A stretch of 64,000 bases of DNA from the sequence record PP174317.1; one strand, 5' to 3'. Positions within the stretch are counted from its first letter, which is position 1. Each line of letters opens with the position of its first letter. Below, piece by piece: positions 35,572-46,551 of the stretch. The DNA is from Acinetobacter phage vB_AbaSt_W16. The notes beneath the pieces were generated by a model. It was not told the DNA's origin. It was given only the letters and a program-made list of their open reading frames with translations, and made no database searches. Both the position numbers and the translations under genes were made by a program.

Positions 35572-35580
35572 GAGGCACAT

Positions 35581-37536
35581 ATGGCAGATAATCTACCAAA
35601 ATATGCACACGGACAATTACAAAGAACAGTGAATGCTATTCCAGAGGTTTTTGTCGGTGCAACATTCCAAGAAATAAAAACTGCATTAATTAACTGGTTG
35701 TCAGGTCAAAAAGAATTTTTGGATTATGATTTTTCAGGTTCACGTATTAATATATTGCTTGATTTATTAGCATATAACACATTATACATTCAACAATTTT
35801 CTAATACTGCAATATATGAATCATTCTTAAGAACGGCAAATTTACGAAGTTCTGTTGTACAAGCAGCCCAAGACAATTCATACCTACCAAGTGGTATGAC
35901 AGCAGCATCAAATACCATTCAATTAAGAGTATCGAATTCAGTAAACCCGACTAATGTAAAAATTCCAAGAGGTACAAAATTCCTGGCTTATGCTCGTGAA
36001 ACTTCGGCTGACCCGTATCCATTTGTTGTTACTGAAGATGTAGTTGCGGTTCGAGACTTAGAGAATGAATATTGGCCAATTGTTAATCTAGCTCAAGGTC
36101 GAGTAGTGCGTACAGAATTGGCATTTGATCCTACTGAACCTATTATAATTAGAGATGAATATATTGACCGTAATCATGTTCGAGTATTTGTTGATGGTGC
36201 AGAATGGACAAACTGGACACATAATTCAATGGTGAAGGCTGGTTCAACATCAACAATTTATTATATTCGTGAAACTGTTGATGGATTTACTGAAATTTAT
36301 TTTGGTGAGGGTGAACAGTCAATCTCAACAACAAATGGTGCATTATTTGCCAACTATATTGGTGGATTAAAACCTGTTAAAAATGCATCAATTGCAATTG
36401 AGTATATTCGTACTGATGGTGCAAAAGCTAATGGCGCACGAGATTTTACATATGCGGATACTTTACAATATATCACTATTAATGAAGTAATTGAAAACTT
36501 TAATAATGATCCTGATTATGTTGGTGCTGATGGCGGTGGTGATCCTGAAGATAAAGAACGTATTCGAGAAATGGCTGCAATTAAACGCGAGGCCCAAATG
36601 CGATGTGTTACAGCTTCAGATTATGATGCATTTGTTTCTGAGCGATTTGGTTCAATAACACAGGCTGTACAGACATTTACAGATTCCGATAAACCAGGTT
36701 ATGCTTTTATTGCAATTAAACCAAAATCTGGTTTATACTTAACAGCGGTTCAACGAGAAGATATTCAAAATTATCTAAAAGAATATAATCTTGCGCCGAT
36801 TACACCGTCTGTAATTTCACCAAACTATCTATTCATTAAACATAATATTCGTGTAACTTATGCTATTAATAAATTACAAGAATCTGAGCAATGGTTAGAA
36901 TCTAAAATTATTGATCAAATCGATCGATATTATATTGAAGATGTTGAACTGTTTAATAAGTCATTTGCTAAATCAAAAATGTTAACATTTATTGATAATG
37001 CAGATCATTCTATTATTGGCTCGAGCGCATCTATTGAATTAGTACGTGAAATTCAAAATTTCTTTGTAACTCCTGAATCTGGAATTAAATACTATAATAC
37101 AGTTAAAGCCAGAAGTATTACATCTAATGAATTTCCATTTATCCCAGAAGATACCGCTGCCGATGATTACATGGTAAAATTAGTATCAACAGATTCAGAT
37201 TCTAATAATACGGGTAAAATTTTAATTGGGCCATTTATTCCTGGTGATATACCAGCCCATATTACACCTTATGCAGGTAATGATTTTAATAGATCACCTA
37301 TTGGTGCACAAACTATGTATTATCAAGTGGGTGAAATTAATTACTTAACTGATTACATTTATTGGAATCTTGCTGCAATGGATGTAACTTCGGATAGATT
37401 CGAAGTACAACAGATTGAATTATCAGCAACACCTGAAACTGATAACATTTTTACAAAAGATGGTTCATTAATTGTATTTGAAAATGACTTACGTCCACAG
37501 TATACAAATATTATTTTAGAGGCAGTAACGCAATGA
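35581..37536 (+). CDS. 6: baseplate wedge subunit gp6
   Basis: 651 aa; extensive similarity to T4 gp6. Confidence 0.95.
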   Translation: MADNLPKYAHGQLQRTVNAIPEVFVGATFQEIKTALINWLSGQKEFLDYDFSGSRINILLDLLAYNTLYIQQFSNTAIYESFLRTANLRSSVVQAAQDNSYLPSGMTAASNTIQLRVSNSVNPTNVKIPRGTKFLAYARETSADPYPFVVTEDVVAVRDLENEYWPIVNLAQGRVVRTELAFDPTEPIIIRDEYIDRNHVRVFVDGAEWTNWTHNSMVKAGSTSTIYYIRETVDGFTEIYFGEGEQSISTTNGALFANYIGGLKPVKNASIAIEYIRTDGAKANGARDFTYADTLQYITINEVIENFNNDPDYVGADGGGDPEDKERIREMAAIKREAQMRCVTASDYDAFVSERFGSITQAVQTFTDSDKPGYAFIAIKPKSGLYLTAVQREDIQNYLKEYNLAPITPSVISPNYLFIKHNIRVTYAINKLQESEQWLESKIIDQIDRYYIEDVELFNKSFAKSKMLTFIDNADHSIIGSSASIELVREIQNFFVTPESGIKYYNTVKARSITSNEFPFIPEDTAADDYMVKLVSTDSDSNNTGKILIGPFIPGDIPAHITPYAGNDFNRSPIGAQTMYYQVGEINYLTDYIYWNLAAMDVTSDRFEVQQIELSATPETDNIFTKDGSLIVFENDLRPQYTNIILEAVTQ

Positions 37537-40500
37537 CAGTAAAAGCACCTACAGTAACAAGTTTAACAGTTAGTAAACTATCTGCAAATAGTTTACAACT
37601 TACTTGGGACGATGTGGGTGAGAACTTTTATTATTTGGTAGAAATGACTAAAACAAGAGACCTTGGTGAAGCCACCTGGGTCTCATTAGGATATACTGCA
37701 GATAATTTATGGTTTTCATCCGATTTAGAAGCATCAACATTTTATAAATTTAGAGTTGCGGTAACATCAGCCGGATTTGAACAGTCTGATTGGATTGAAA
37801 CCGAAGAATTTGAAACATTTGATCAAAATGCATATTCATTTGAATTAATGAATGAATTAACTTTAAATAAAAAATTCATCGATGAAAAATTTATTAAAGG
37901 TAATAATGATTATGTAAATTTTAGTACCGATGTTGTTTGGGCTGCCCTAACAAATGAATCATTTGTATATTCTGATGCATATTCTCATATTTCTCAAATT
38001 TCAAACTTTATTATTAAAGAAAATGAATACCATGAAATTCAAGGCGATATCACACCAATTTGTCGTGATATAGATCGCATGTATCTAATGGAAGATGAAG
38101 GTATTTTGTACTTATTTGAACGTTGGCAAGCTCTTGTTAAGGTTTCAAATGATAGAGGACAAACTTGGAAAGCGGTTCAATTAATGAATGACCGGGTCGG
38201 CTGGCCATTATCAAAAACTGTATTTTATCAAACATCAACAACAAATTATGTATTGGGCTGGGACAAAGTGTTCTACGGTAGAAAATCAACTGATGTACGT
38301 TGGTCTTCTGATGAAGTTAGAATGTCTTCTGATGATATCACTTTTGCAAAAATTGGTGATACATTACAATTAGGTTTTGATGTTAATATTTTTGGCACAT
38401 ATGCGTCATTACCGGGCGATGTGGCCAAAATTGCAGAAGCTATTACATGTAATGATGATTACATTTATGTCGTTGCTCGAGATAAAGTTCGTTTTGCAAA
38501 AGCAAAAAATGCACCGATTGATACTGACGAACAGTCTCCAACATATAAAGAAAAGTTGTTTGAAAAAGAATCACATTCAATCACTGGAAATCCAAAAGTT
38601 GTAACTTGGAAAATGGATTGTGTTGATGGTAAAATTTTTGCTCTTGTTGTTGGTGAAATGGCACAAGAAAAACAGGACCCTCGCAAATTCCCAATTCTAG
38701 ATTCAAAAGATAAAGGCGTTTATATTTTAGAAGACCATGATACTGGTAAATGGACTCGTATTTTTGGTAACACAGAAGAAGAACGTCGCCGTATTGAAGT
38801 TGGTTATACCAACATGAGTTGTGATGACCGAGAACTTTTTATATCATCAAGCAATTGGCATGCCCTACCTGAAGATATTGTTCCTGATACCGAATTGCCT
38901 GAAAAATATCCAAATGAAGTTGTAACTGCAGTTAAACAGTTATATCCAGATCAGTGGATTCATGATAAACATTATTTGATGATGTCATTTAGGGCTAATG
39001 GTCATGACGGGTGGGATAAATGGGCCCCGGGGCGTATGCGTTATTATGCAGAACCGTTCTTCTCAAAATGTACCAATTCTGGCACAAGATGTTGGGTTAA
39101 TAATTCAAATAAAGTTGTTATGGTGTATTCTGATGTAGAACATTCATACGCAATTGACCCATATACACAATCATCGCCAAACCGATTTATGAAAGAAGTT
39201 TGGGACAAAGGCGATTGTACTGTAATTAGCCCGAATATTGAGTTTAAAAACTTTACACAATATGCAAATGGTATTGTTTTTTATAGATACTCTGGTGAAT
39301 TAATTGGGTATTATGAATTTAATTATCGTGTAAAAGATAATGTTAGAATCGTATGGAAACCTTCTAATATATTCTTAAAGGCCTTTTTACGTCAACAAAC
39401 TAGAGAAGAGCCTTGGGCGCCTGATGATAATAATGGATATAATAATCCAGATTTACGTCCGTTTTTGACAAAGATGATTCCCGATAGCTATTTGTTAGAA
39501 GATAGTAATTTTGAAAAATTCTGTCAATATTATCTTCAGTATCTTTCGGATGGCTATGGTACCCCATATAATAATCTGGTTAATCTTATTAGAGACAAAT
39601 ACCCAAAAGAAAAACATTCTTGGGAGTATATGTGGAGCGAAATTTATAAACGCAATATTTACTTAAGTAAAGAAAAACGTGATCTTGTTGCAAGATTCTT
39701 TGAAACTCGTAAAAATGATTTTTATTCAACTAAAGGTATAGAAGCTTCATATAAATTTTTATTTAAAGTTTTATACAATGAAGATGTTGAGATTGATATT
39801 GAATCTGCAAACGGACTAGAATATGATATTATTGTAGAATCTGATAATATCACAGAAGACTTGGCTGGACGCACTGTTTATACTGCAACAGGTCGGTCTA
39901 ATGTTACTTATATTGAGCGTCATTATAATAAAGGCAAATTACAGTGGAAATTAACTATCCATAATTTAATGGGTAGATTTATTAATGGCCAAGAAATCTT
40001 ATCAGAACGCACCAATTTTAAAGGTATGATTGTACAAGGTGTTCGTGGTAAAGATATGTCATCTAATACAATTGACTATATTAATCGAGGTCGAGCGTAT
40101 TATGTAATGAAGATTAAATCTGCATTACCTTCATCCCGATATAGAGATGATGTTTTACGTTTCGTGCATCCAGTTGGATTTGGTTTTATTGGTATTACTT
40201 TAATTACAATGTTTATTAATGCCGGATTAAGCATGAAACATGTTGAAACTGTCATAAATACATTGAAGAATTATAGATGGGATTCTGGACTACCTTCATA
40301 TTGGCCAGATCGGGTTGCTAAATTTGGCCCAGATGGCAAAATTGATCATGACGCTGTAACAGGTGAACCTTTATATAACCCACATCCAAATGCGGGCCAA
40401 AAATTTCCATTGCGTCCAACATATATGGCAGATAATCCGGGTTTATATTATGGTGTAAATGCCGATGACCGTCGTGTGCCAATGAGTCCATTATTTGATC

Positions 40501-40613
40501 AGTCTGCTGTAACTTTTGCGCGATATCGCGATCTTGTTAATAAACGACTAAAAGACGATATTGGTAATCCTCGTGATCCTAAAGAACCAACACAGGTAAA
40601 AGTTAATGAATGA
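37533..40613 (+). CDS. 7: baseplate wedge initiator gp7
   Basis: 1026 aa; MTVKAP.VTSL..SKLSAN N-terminus and collinear similarity to T4 gp7. Confidence 0.95.
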   Translation: MTVKAPTVTSLTVSKLSANSLQLTWDDVGENFYYLVEMTKTRDLGEATWVSLGYTADNLWFSSDLEASTFYKFRVAVTSAGFEQSDWIETEEFETFDQNAYSFELMNELTLNKKFIDEKFIKGNNDYVNFSTDVVWAALTNESFVYSDAYSHISQISNFIIKENEYHEIQGDITPICRDIDRMYLMEDEGILYLFERWQALVKVSNDRGQTWKAVQLMNDRVGWPLSKTVFYQTSTTNYVLGWDKVFYGRKSTDVRWSSDEVRMSSDDITFAKIGDTLQLGFDVNIFGTYASLPGDVAKIAEAITCNDDYIYVVARDKVRFAKAKNAPIDTDEQSPTYKEKLFEKESHSITGNPKVVTWKMDCVDGKIFALVVGEMAQEKQDPRKFPILDSKDKGVYILEDHDTGKWTRIFGNTEEERRRIEVGYTNMSCDDRELFISSSNWHALPEDIVPDTELPEKYPNEVVTAVKQLYPDQWIHDKHYLMMSFRANGHDGWDKWAPGRMRYYAEPFFSKCTNSGTRCWVNNSNKVVMVYSDVEHSYAIDPYTQSSPNRFMKEVWDKGDCTVISPNIEFKNFTQYANGIVFYRYSGELIGYYEFNYRVKDNVRIVWKPSNIFLKAFLRQQTREEPWAPDDNNGYNNPDLRPFLTKMIPDSYLLEDSNFEKFCQYYLQYLSDGYGTPYNNLVNLIRDKYPKEKHSWEYMWSEIYKRNIYLSKEKRDLVARFFETRKNDFYSTKGIEASYKFLFKVLYNEDVEIDIESANGLEYDIIVESDNITEDLAGRTVYTATGRSNVTYIERHYNKGKLQWKLTIHNLMGRFINGQEILSERTNFKGMIVQGVRGKDMSSNTIDYINRGRAYYVMKIKSALPSSRYRDDVLRFVHPVGFGFIGITLITMFINAGLSMKHVETVINTLKNYRWDSGLPSYWPDRVAKFGPDGKIDHDAVTGEPLYNPHPNAGQKFPLRPTYMADNPGLYYGVNADDRRVPMSPLFDQSAVTFARYRDLVNKRLKDDIGNPRDPKEPTQVKVNE

Positions 40614-41610
40614 TAGTTCAATGATTTATCGAGCGATAATCACATCAAAGTTTCGCACAGAAAAAATGCTCAACTTTTATAATTTGATCGGCGACAATGC
40701 CGATCAAAATACAATTTATTTGACATTTGGCCGAGATACGGCTTGGTCTGAAATGGAAAATGAACCTGGTTTTGCCCCTCCATATCCAGTTGATAGCCCA
40801 CAAGGTGTTCAAGATGTTTGGACTAATATGTTAGGCGCGGTTAAAATTAAACAGTCTTATCTTGATGCCGTAATCCCAAGAAAAGACTGGGGTGATTCAC
40901 GTTACCCGAATCCTCGCACATTCCATGTTGGTGATATTGTTGTAACTAATACTATGCCAAATAATAGAGCACCTGGTGCCGAAGGTTGGCTAGTATATAA
41001 AGTAGTCGATGTTCCTTCAACAGGTACATGTTCGATCTCGACTATTACCAATAAGCCTGAATGTAATAAACTAGGAGGTAAGTGGACGCCTTCGATTGAA
41101 TCATTTAATATACCTTCTGGGCGGGGCGATACGGAAGGCCTAGTTGATACTGGGGATGGATATCTTTGGGAATATCTTTATGAGATTCCACCTGATGTGT
41201 CTATTAATAGATGTACAAATGAATATATTGTTGTGCCCTGGCCTGATGAAATAAAAGCCGACCCTGTTAGATGGGGGTATCAGCATAATTTATCTTGGCA
41301 ACAAAATGATTACGGATTAGTCTTTAAAATGAAGACTGTAATTATGCGATTTAAAGCATACTTAGATTCTGTATATTTTCCAGAAGCATCTATTTTGGGT
41401 AACAAAGGGTTTAGACAAATTTCTATGATTATGAATCCCCTTGAAGCCAAGCCAAAACCTACGGCGCCTAATGTCAAGGCAATAAAAGATCATTATTCAC
41501 AAAGCGGTTTAGACCGACATTCAGGTGAAATGATTTATATAGAAAATAGACAACCTATTATTCGGTCCATGGACCAAACAGAGGAAGTCGCAATATTTTT
41601 CGAGTTTTAA
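40606..41610 (+). CDS. 8: baseplate wedge subunit gp8
   Basis: 334 aa (same length as T4 gp8); MNDSS.IYRAI.TSKFRTEKMLNFYN. Confidence 0.95.
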   Translation: MNDSSMIYRAIITSKFRTEKMLNFYNLIGDNADQNTIYLTFGRDTAWSEMENEPGFAPPYPVDSPQGVQDVWTNMLGAVKIKQSYLDAVIPRKDWGDSRYPNPRTFHVGDIVVTNTMPNNRAPGAEGWLVYKVVDVPSTGTCSISTITNKPECNKLGGKWTPSIESFNIPSGRGDTEGLVDTGDGYLWEYLYEIPPDVSINRCTNEYIVVPWPDEIKADPVRWGYQHNLSWQQNDYGLVFKMKTVIMRFKAYLDSVYFPEASILGNKGFRQISMIMNPLEAKPKPTAPNVKAIKDHYSQSGLDRHSGEMIYIENRQPIIRSMDQTEEVAIFFEF

Positions 41611-41612
41611 TT

Positions 41613-41640
41613 AAGGGGCCTTTGTGCCCCTTAAATTTTA
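41613..41640 (+). terminator. terminator-like hairpin (AAGGGGC-CTTTGT-GCCCCTT followed by a weak T tract)
   Basis: 7-bp GC stem after gene 8. Confidence 0.5.
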
Positions 41641-41648
41641 TATAAATA
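41641..41648 (+). promoter_or_regulatory. late promoter TATAAATA for gene 9
   Basis: Exact consensus 24 nt upstream of the MFNQEPK start. Confidence 0.65.
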
Positions 41649-41671
41649 CTAAAAATATAAGGGGACGTAAT

Positions 41672-42550
41672 ATGTTCAATCAAGAGCCAAAAACTAAAAT
41701 TGACACTGGCGAGCAAGGTAACGCCTCGACTGGTGATATTCTATACGATGGTGGTAATAAAATTAATTCAAACATGGATGCAATTTATAACATGTTTGGA
41801 GACCAACGCTTTTATAATCAAGGTGCAGCCGAAGGCAATCAAACAATTCATGCTACAGGCTATTATCAAAAAGTAGGGGCATTCGATTTTCCAACTCCTG
41901 CACCTTTAGGAACAATGTGGGATGTAGATTGTTCAAATGGATCGGTCGCTGTAACAGTTCAGCCTGGTAAAGTCGGTGAATGTATTGTAGTAGTAAACTC
42001 ATTAGGTAATTGTAGCACATCTACCCCTATTGTAGTTAGATTGACCGGTGCTGGTTCATTTGTGGGCATTGGACGAGATTTGGTAATTACAAGACCATTT
42101 TGTCGTGTTGAATGTTGGTGTATTGGTATTGATGCATCTGGAACTCCGATTTGGAATTTTTCACAATCATCAATGTTTGGGTCTACAGAAGTACCGATTG
42201 AAAAAACAATTAAATTAGATGTAACAAAACCTAATGTTATACCAATTGCCCATGTAGATGAATATACTGCCATTAAGTTATTAATTAATGTGTCTGATAC
42301 GGCTAATACTCAATTAAGACAGTCTGAAGCCTTATTATTAATTGAATCTCGTCCTGGTGTTCAAAATGTACATCATACCGAATATGCTGTAATACGAGCA
42401 GGTCAAACGGTAACTGATCCAGACAACTTAGTAAATATTAAGTATGAAGTCGGTACGGGTTCAATAGTAAACCTAGTGGCCACAACAAGTAAAGTAAATA
42501 TGCGAATTGCTGTTAAAAGTATCGCAACACAAAAAATTGGGTCAGCATAA
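41672..42550 (+). CDS. 9: baseplate wedge / long tail fiber socket protein gp9 (start at MFNQEPK)
   Basis: The tracked ORF extends upstream, but the T4 gp9 N-terminus MFIQEPKKLIDTGE aligns with the Met at 41672, which follows an AAGGGGA RBS. Confidence 0.88.
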   Translation: MFNQEPKTKIDTGEQGNASTGDILYDGGNKINSNMDAIYNMFGDQRFYNQGAAEGNQTIHATGYYQKVGAFDFPTPAPLGTMWDVDCSNGSVAVTVQPGKVGECIVVVNSLGNCSTSTPIVVRLTGAGSFVGIGRDLVITRPFCRVECWCIGIDASGTPIWNFSQSSMFGSTEVPIEKTIKLDVTKPNVIPIAHVDEYTAIKLLINVSDTANTQLRQSEALLLIESRPGVQNVHHTEYAVIRAGQTVTDPDNLVNIKYEVGTGSIVNLVATTSKVNMRIAVKSIATQKIGSA

Positions 42551-44361
42551 TGAAAGAAAATTTAAAAATTGGTAATGTTGTTGATGACGGCACTGGCGAT
42601 TACCTTCGCGAAGGCGGTATTAAAATTAATAATAATTTTAATGATTTATACGGTGAATTAGGAGATGGTTCAAATCCCCACCCTGCTGGCGCCTGGCAAA
42701 CTATTAAATCATCAGCATCAAATATATTAGCTGCAAAATTTGGTAAATCATATGCTATTGATACAAATGCAGCAAGGGTTACAGTTAATTTACCGAAAGG
42801 TACAGTTAATGATTATAATAAAGTTATTCGTTTGCGGGATACTTTTGGTACTTGGCAAGCAAACAGTGTAACAGTTGTGCCTGCTTTGGGTGATACCTTA
42901 AAAGGCTCAAGTGATTCACAAGTTTTTGCTACAAATTTAACAGATTTGGAATTGGTATATTGTGCCCCAGGTCGTTGGGAATTCTTAGCAAATAAATTAC
43001 TTAATAAAATTTCAAACGGTGATATCGCAACCGTTATGAAAAAAGAATTTTTATGCACAGAAGGTCAAACCGATTTCATTAATATTTTTGGCGATGCAGA
43101 TTATAATTTAGTTAATACGCATGTGTATCATAGAGGTAACTTACTTTACTATGGCGCTAAATTTTCTGCAGATTCTGATTATGGTTCACCTGGTACAGGA
43201 AATACTATTGTGCCATTGGATGGCAAAAGTATTCGATTAAGACAGCCAGCTCGTAAGGGCGATAGTTTAATGATCGTCACATATGTTGACGGTATCGCAC
43301 AATGGCGTTCTACATATAATCGTTTAGATATTCAGCTATTAGACCAAAAATTAACTGACTTAAAATCTGTTAACGGCGCCCAGCTTGTAACCGACTTGGC
43401 AACTTTAAATACTATTACTCCAGAACAAATGGGGTATACCTTAACATCAAATAGCGGATTAATAAATCCTTCTACTTTTGAAGTGTATTTAAATGGTGTT
43501 ATTTTAAATATGGCAGGCAAAGCTGGTACACCATTATTCGTTTGTGACGGGGCTAAAGCAGATAATCAATCGGATTGTGTTGCATTAGGCGGAGTTTGGA
43601 AATTATCAAATACAGATTATGCTTATACCTTAAATGATAATGGCGCAATTGAAAGTATTGAGTTTGGTCGAACTTTTGAACATGGTGATATTTTAACAAT
43701 TAAATGGTTTAATAATGATATCGGTACTACTTTAGAGATGGACGATATTATTAATGAAGCTGATAAACACTATATTCAACATGGCACTACTTTTAATTTA
43801 AATGGTAATATCCGTATTACTGATTTTGATAAACCACAATGGCCAAATATCGAAGCTGTAGGCCAGGAAAAAAGATTAGTTCAAACCCCTATTGATCTAT
43901 TTGAATTGGTATATCCAGTCGGAACAATTTATGAAAATGCAGTGAATCCAAATAATCCTGCAACATATATGGGTTTTGGTGTTTGGAAACTTTGGGGTCA
44001 AAAACAAGTTTTATTTGGTTGGACCAATGACCAGCAAGATACTCAGTTTGGTTTAAATAATAACGACATTGATGCGAATGGTAATCCAACGGCTACTGCC
44101 GGAGGTACGGGTGGCGTACGAGCAATAACATTAGAAAATAATGATTTGCCGGCTACCGTAACCACAGAAAAAGCATTAGTTGCGGATGATAATGGTAATA
44201 TTATCATTGGTGGTTGTCAATTTGATCCTGATGATGGTGGTCCTGCATATAACAAATATAGAGAGGATGTGCTTAAAACAAATCCAACACACACTCCGCC
44301 AAACTCTATTGATATTTTACCGCCATATATTACTGTTTATCGTTGGATGAGGATTGCATAA
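42550..44361 (+). CDS. 10: baseplate wedge subunit and tail pin gp10
   Basis: 603 aa; size and position match; N-terminal MKENLKIGNVVDDGTGD. Confidence 0.88.
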   Translation: MKENLKIGNVVDDGTGDYLREGGIKINNNFNDLYGELGDGSNPHPAGAWQTIKSSASNILAAKFGKSYAIDTNAARVTVNLPKGTVNDYNKVIRLRDTFGTWQANSVTVVPALGDTLKGSSDSQVFATNLTDLELVYCAPGRWEFLANKLLNKISNGDIATVMKKEFLCTEGQTDFINIFGDADYNLVNTHVYHRGNLLYYGAKFSADSDYGSPGTGNTIVPLDGKSIRLRQPARKGDSLMIVTYVDGIAQWRSTYNRLDIQLLDQKLTDLKSVNGAQLVTDLATLNTITPEQMGYTLTSNSGLINPSTFEVYLNGVILNMAGKAGTPLFVCDGAKADNQSDCVALGGVWKLSNTDYAYTLNDNGAIESIEFGRTFEHGDILTIKWFNNDIGTTLEMDDIINEADKHYIQHGTTFNLNGNIRITDFDKPQWPNIEAVGQEKRLVQTPIDLFELVYPVGTIYENAVNPNNPATYMGFGVWKLWGQKQVLFGWTNDQQDTQFGLNNNDIDANGNPTATAGGTGGVRAITLENNDLPATVTTEKALVADDNGNIIIGGCQFDPDDGGPAYNKYREDVLKTNPTHTPPNSIDILPPYITVYRWMRIA

Positions 44362-45017
44362 TGAGCAAAAATTTTCAATTAGCCCAGAACTTTTCTCGTG
44401 AAGCATCACATCATGAGTTTGATGTTAAAAAGGGTAGCATTATTGTAGGCAATAATCAGCCAATCGGTTCCCCTTCAATTAGTCAAAGTCAAAAGGGAAT
44501 TAAAGTGCCTAATGTAGAAGATGCGATTAATGATGTCGCATCTTTAACAATTTTACCTTTAAATACTATTATTATTAATGATGATGGTAATAGCCCACAA
44601 GGTATTTCTCAGATTGATGAATTTAAGTTTATTGGCTCGATTAAAGACCCATCAAAACAAACGGGTGATGAAGTAAAATTTGATTTCTATGGGTTCGTAG
44701 TACCTGTAAAAATTGGAGATAACGCAGAAGAAGTTGCAGCCAAAGTTAAACTTGAATTAGATTTGGCTAAATCGGCAGGTATAGTTTTCAATAGAGTAGA
44801 AAATGGTGCCACTTTAGATATTCTTCAATTGACTTATAATGATGTTCAAAGCCATGAATTAGATGATTTAGTACAATATACAATGCGAGTTACTCAAAAT
44901 ACTGTATCTCCGGCTAGAGGTGGCTACGGTATATGGAATCGAATTGGAACTCAAACTATAACTTTAGACGGTACTACAAAACCTACAATTTTATATTATT
45001 TTAAACGAGAGGGTTAA
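44361..45017 (+). CDS. 11: baseplate wedge subunit and tail pin gp11 (start at MSKNFQ, TAATG overlap with gene 10)
   Basis: C-terminal GYGIWN..G.QT.TLD....PT..Y.F.R similar to T4 gp11. Confidence 0.85.
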   Translation: MSKNFQLAQNFSREASHHEFDVKKGSIIVGNNQPIGSPSISQSQKGIKVPNVEDAINDVASLTILPLNTIIINDDGNSPQGISQIDEFKFIGSIKDPSKQTGDEVKFDFYGFVVPVKIGDNAEEVAAKVKLELDLAKSAGIVFNRVENGATLDILQLTYNDVQSHELDDLVQYTMRVTQNTVSPARGGYGIWNRIGTQTITLDGTTKPTILYYFKREG

Positions 45018-45018
45018 G

Positions 45019-46551
45019 ATGGCTGAGACTCCATTAAATAATACATTTAAGCATATTTCGGATGAATCTCGATATACATATTTTGACCCAACTGGTACTT
45101 TATTTCCGGCTACAGTCAAAACTGTTCAAGAAGCTTTAGCTTTAACATCGCCGACTACATATGCTACTACAACGCAAGCTGGTACTATTCAGCTTGCAAC
45201 ACAAGATGAAGTAACTGCAGGTGTTAATAATACAAAAGCAGTTACACCGGCTACATTAGCAGAACGTTTGAAATATCCTGACGCTACTACAACTGTTAAA
45301 GGTATTGTATTTTTGGCAAGTAATGCAGAAGCCCAAGCCGGCACAGTAGCAACAAATAAAGTGGTTAATCCTGCTGCATTAAAATATACTCTTGATTGGT
45401 GGTGGGCAAATAAACTTGCCACAGAAACTGCTAATGGTGTGCTTAAATTATCTACACAAGCTGCGGCGCAAGCCGGAGTAGATGATACTACTGCAATGAC
45501 TCCATTAAAAGTCAAACAAGCAATTAATTCGGCTACAAGTAATTTACCTGTTCCGGTTAAAGCTACAGAAAGTGTGCAAGGTTTAGTAACATTAGCAACA
45601 GTTGCACAAGTCACGCAGGGGACATTGCGTGAAGGGTATGCCATTTCACCATATACCTTGATGCAATTAAAAGGTAATTTAACTCGATATGGTATTACTC
45701 GTGGTGCAACATTAGCGGAAGCTAATGCAGGAACAGCCGATGACTTATATATTTCGGCAAAAGGATTTAAAACTTATAATGCTAATGATACAAATTTTGG
45801 TACAGTTAAGACTACTACTACTGTAAGCCCGACCGCTCAAGCAGGTACAGTTTTAGCATCTAATGCTTCAGTTTTAGGAACTAATTTAACAACACAACAA
45901 ACTGTAACTGGTCCAGTTAATTTTAATGGGATAATGAAAAAAGGTAATATTGATGTTGCTACAACAAAAAATATTACTGATGCAACACCAATTGGTGTTA
46001 TCCAAATGTGGTTAGGTGACCAAGCACCAACCGGTGGGCTATGGGCATTGTGTGATGGCGGTGCAGAGTCTAAAGCAGCTAGACCTGATTTATTTGCTGT
46101 AATTGGTTATAAATTTGGTGGTTCGGGTGATACATTCTATCGCCCGGATATGAGAGGTCTTTATGCTCGTGGTGCTGGTCGTGGTAAAGACATCATTGCA
46201 AACACTGGATATGACGAGTTCAATAAACCTCTATTAGGTAATGGTGTAGATGGCGGTGTTGTTGGTCAAGTTCAAAAGCAACAAATTCGCGAACATAAAC
46301 ACATCGTTTCTTGGGGCGAGACTCGTCGAGAGACACCTAACTTCCCATTTGGTGGCACAGAGTTAAGTAAATATTGGGGGACTAGTGGACGTGAAGATCA
46401 TGATAATGGTTGGATGTTCTCTAACGATGGAACAGAATTTGAACCTGCATCAGTGCGGACCGAATATTCTACTGTCAACTCTAAAGAGTTAATTGGAACA
46501 GAGACACGCCCTTGGAGTATGTCTGTAAATTATATTATTAAGGTGGCTTAA
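45019..46551 (+). CDS. 12: short tail fiber gp12
   Basis: 510 aa; NTKAVTPATLA, TAMTPLK, LATVAQ..QGTLREGYAISPYT and C-terminal ETRPW..S.NYIIKV match T4 gp12. Confidence 0.92.
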   Translation: MAETPLNNTFKHISDESRYTYFDPTGTLFPATVKTVQEALALTSPTTYATTTQAGTIQLATQDEVTAGVNNTKAVTPATLAERLKYPDATTTVKGIVFLASNAEAQAGTVATNKVVNPAALKYTLDWWWANKLATETANGVLKLSTQAAAQAGVDDTTAMTPLKVKQAINSATSNLPVPVKATESVQGLVTLATVAQVTQGTLREGYAISPYTLMQLKGNLTRYGITRGATLAEANAGTADDLYISAKGFKTYNANDTNFGTVKTTTTVSPTAQAGTVLASNASVLGTNLTTQQTVTGPVNFNGIMKKGNIDVATTKNITDATPIGVIQMWLGDQAPTGGLWALCDGGAESKAARPDLFAVIGYKFGGSGDTFYRPDMRGLYARGAGRGKDIIANTGYDEFNKPLLGNGVDGGVVGQVQKQQIREHKHIVSWGETRRETPNFPFGGTELSKYWGTSGREDHDNGWMFSNDGTEFEPASVRTEYSTVNSKELIGTETRPWSMSVNYIIKVA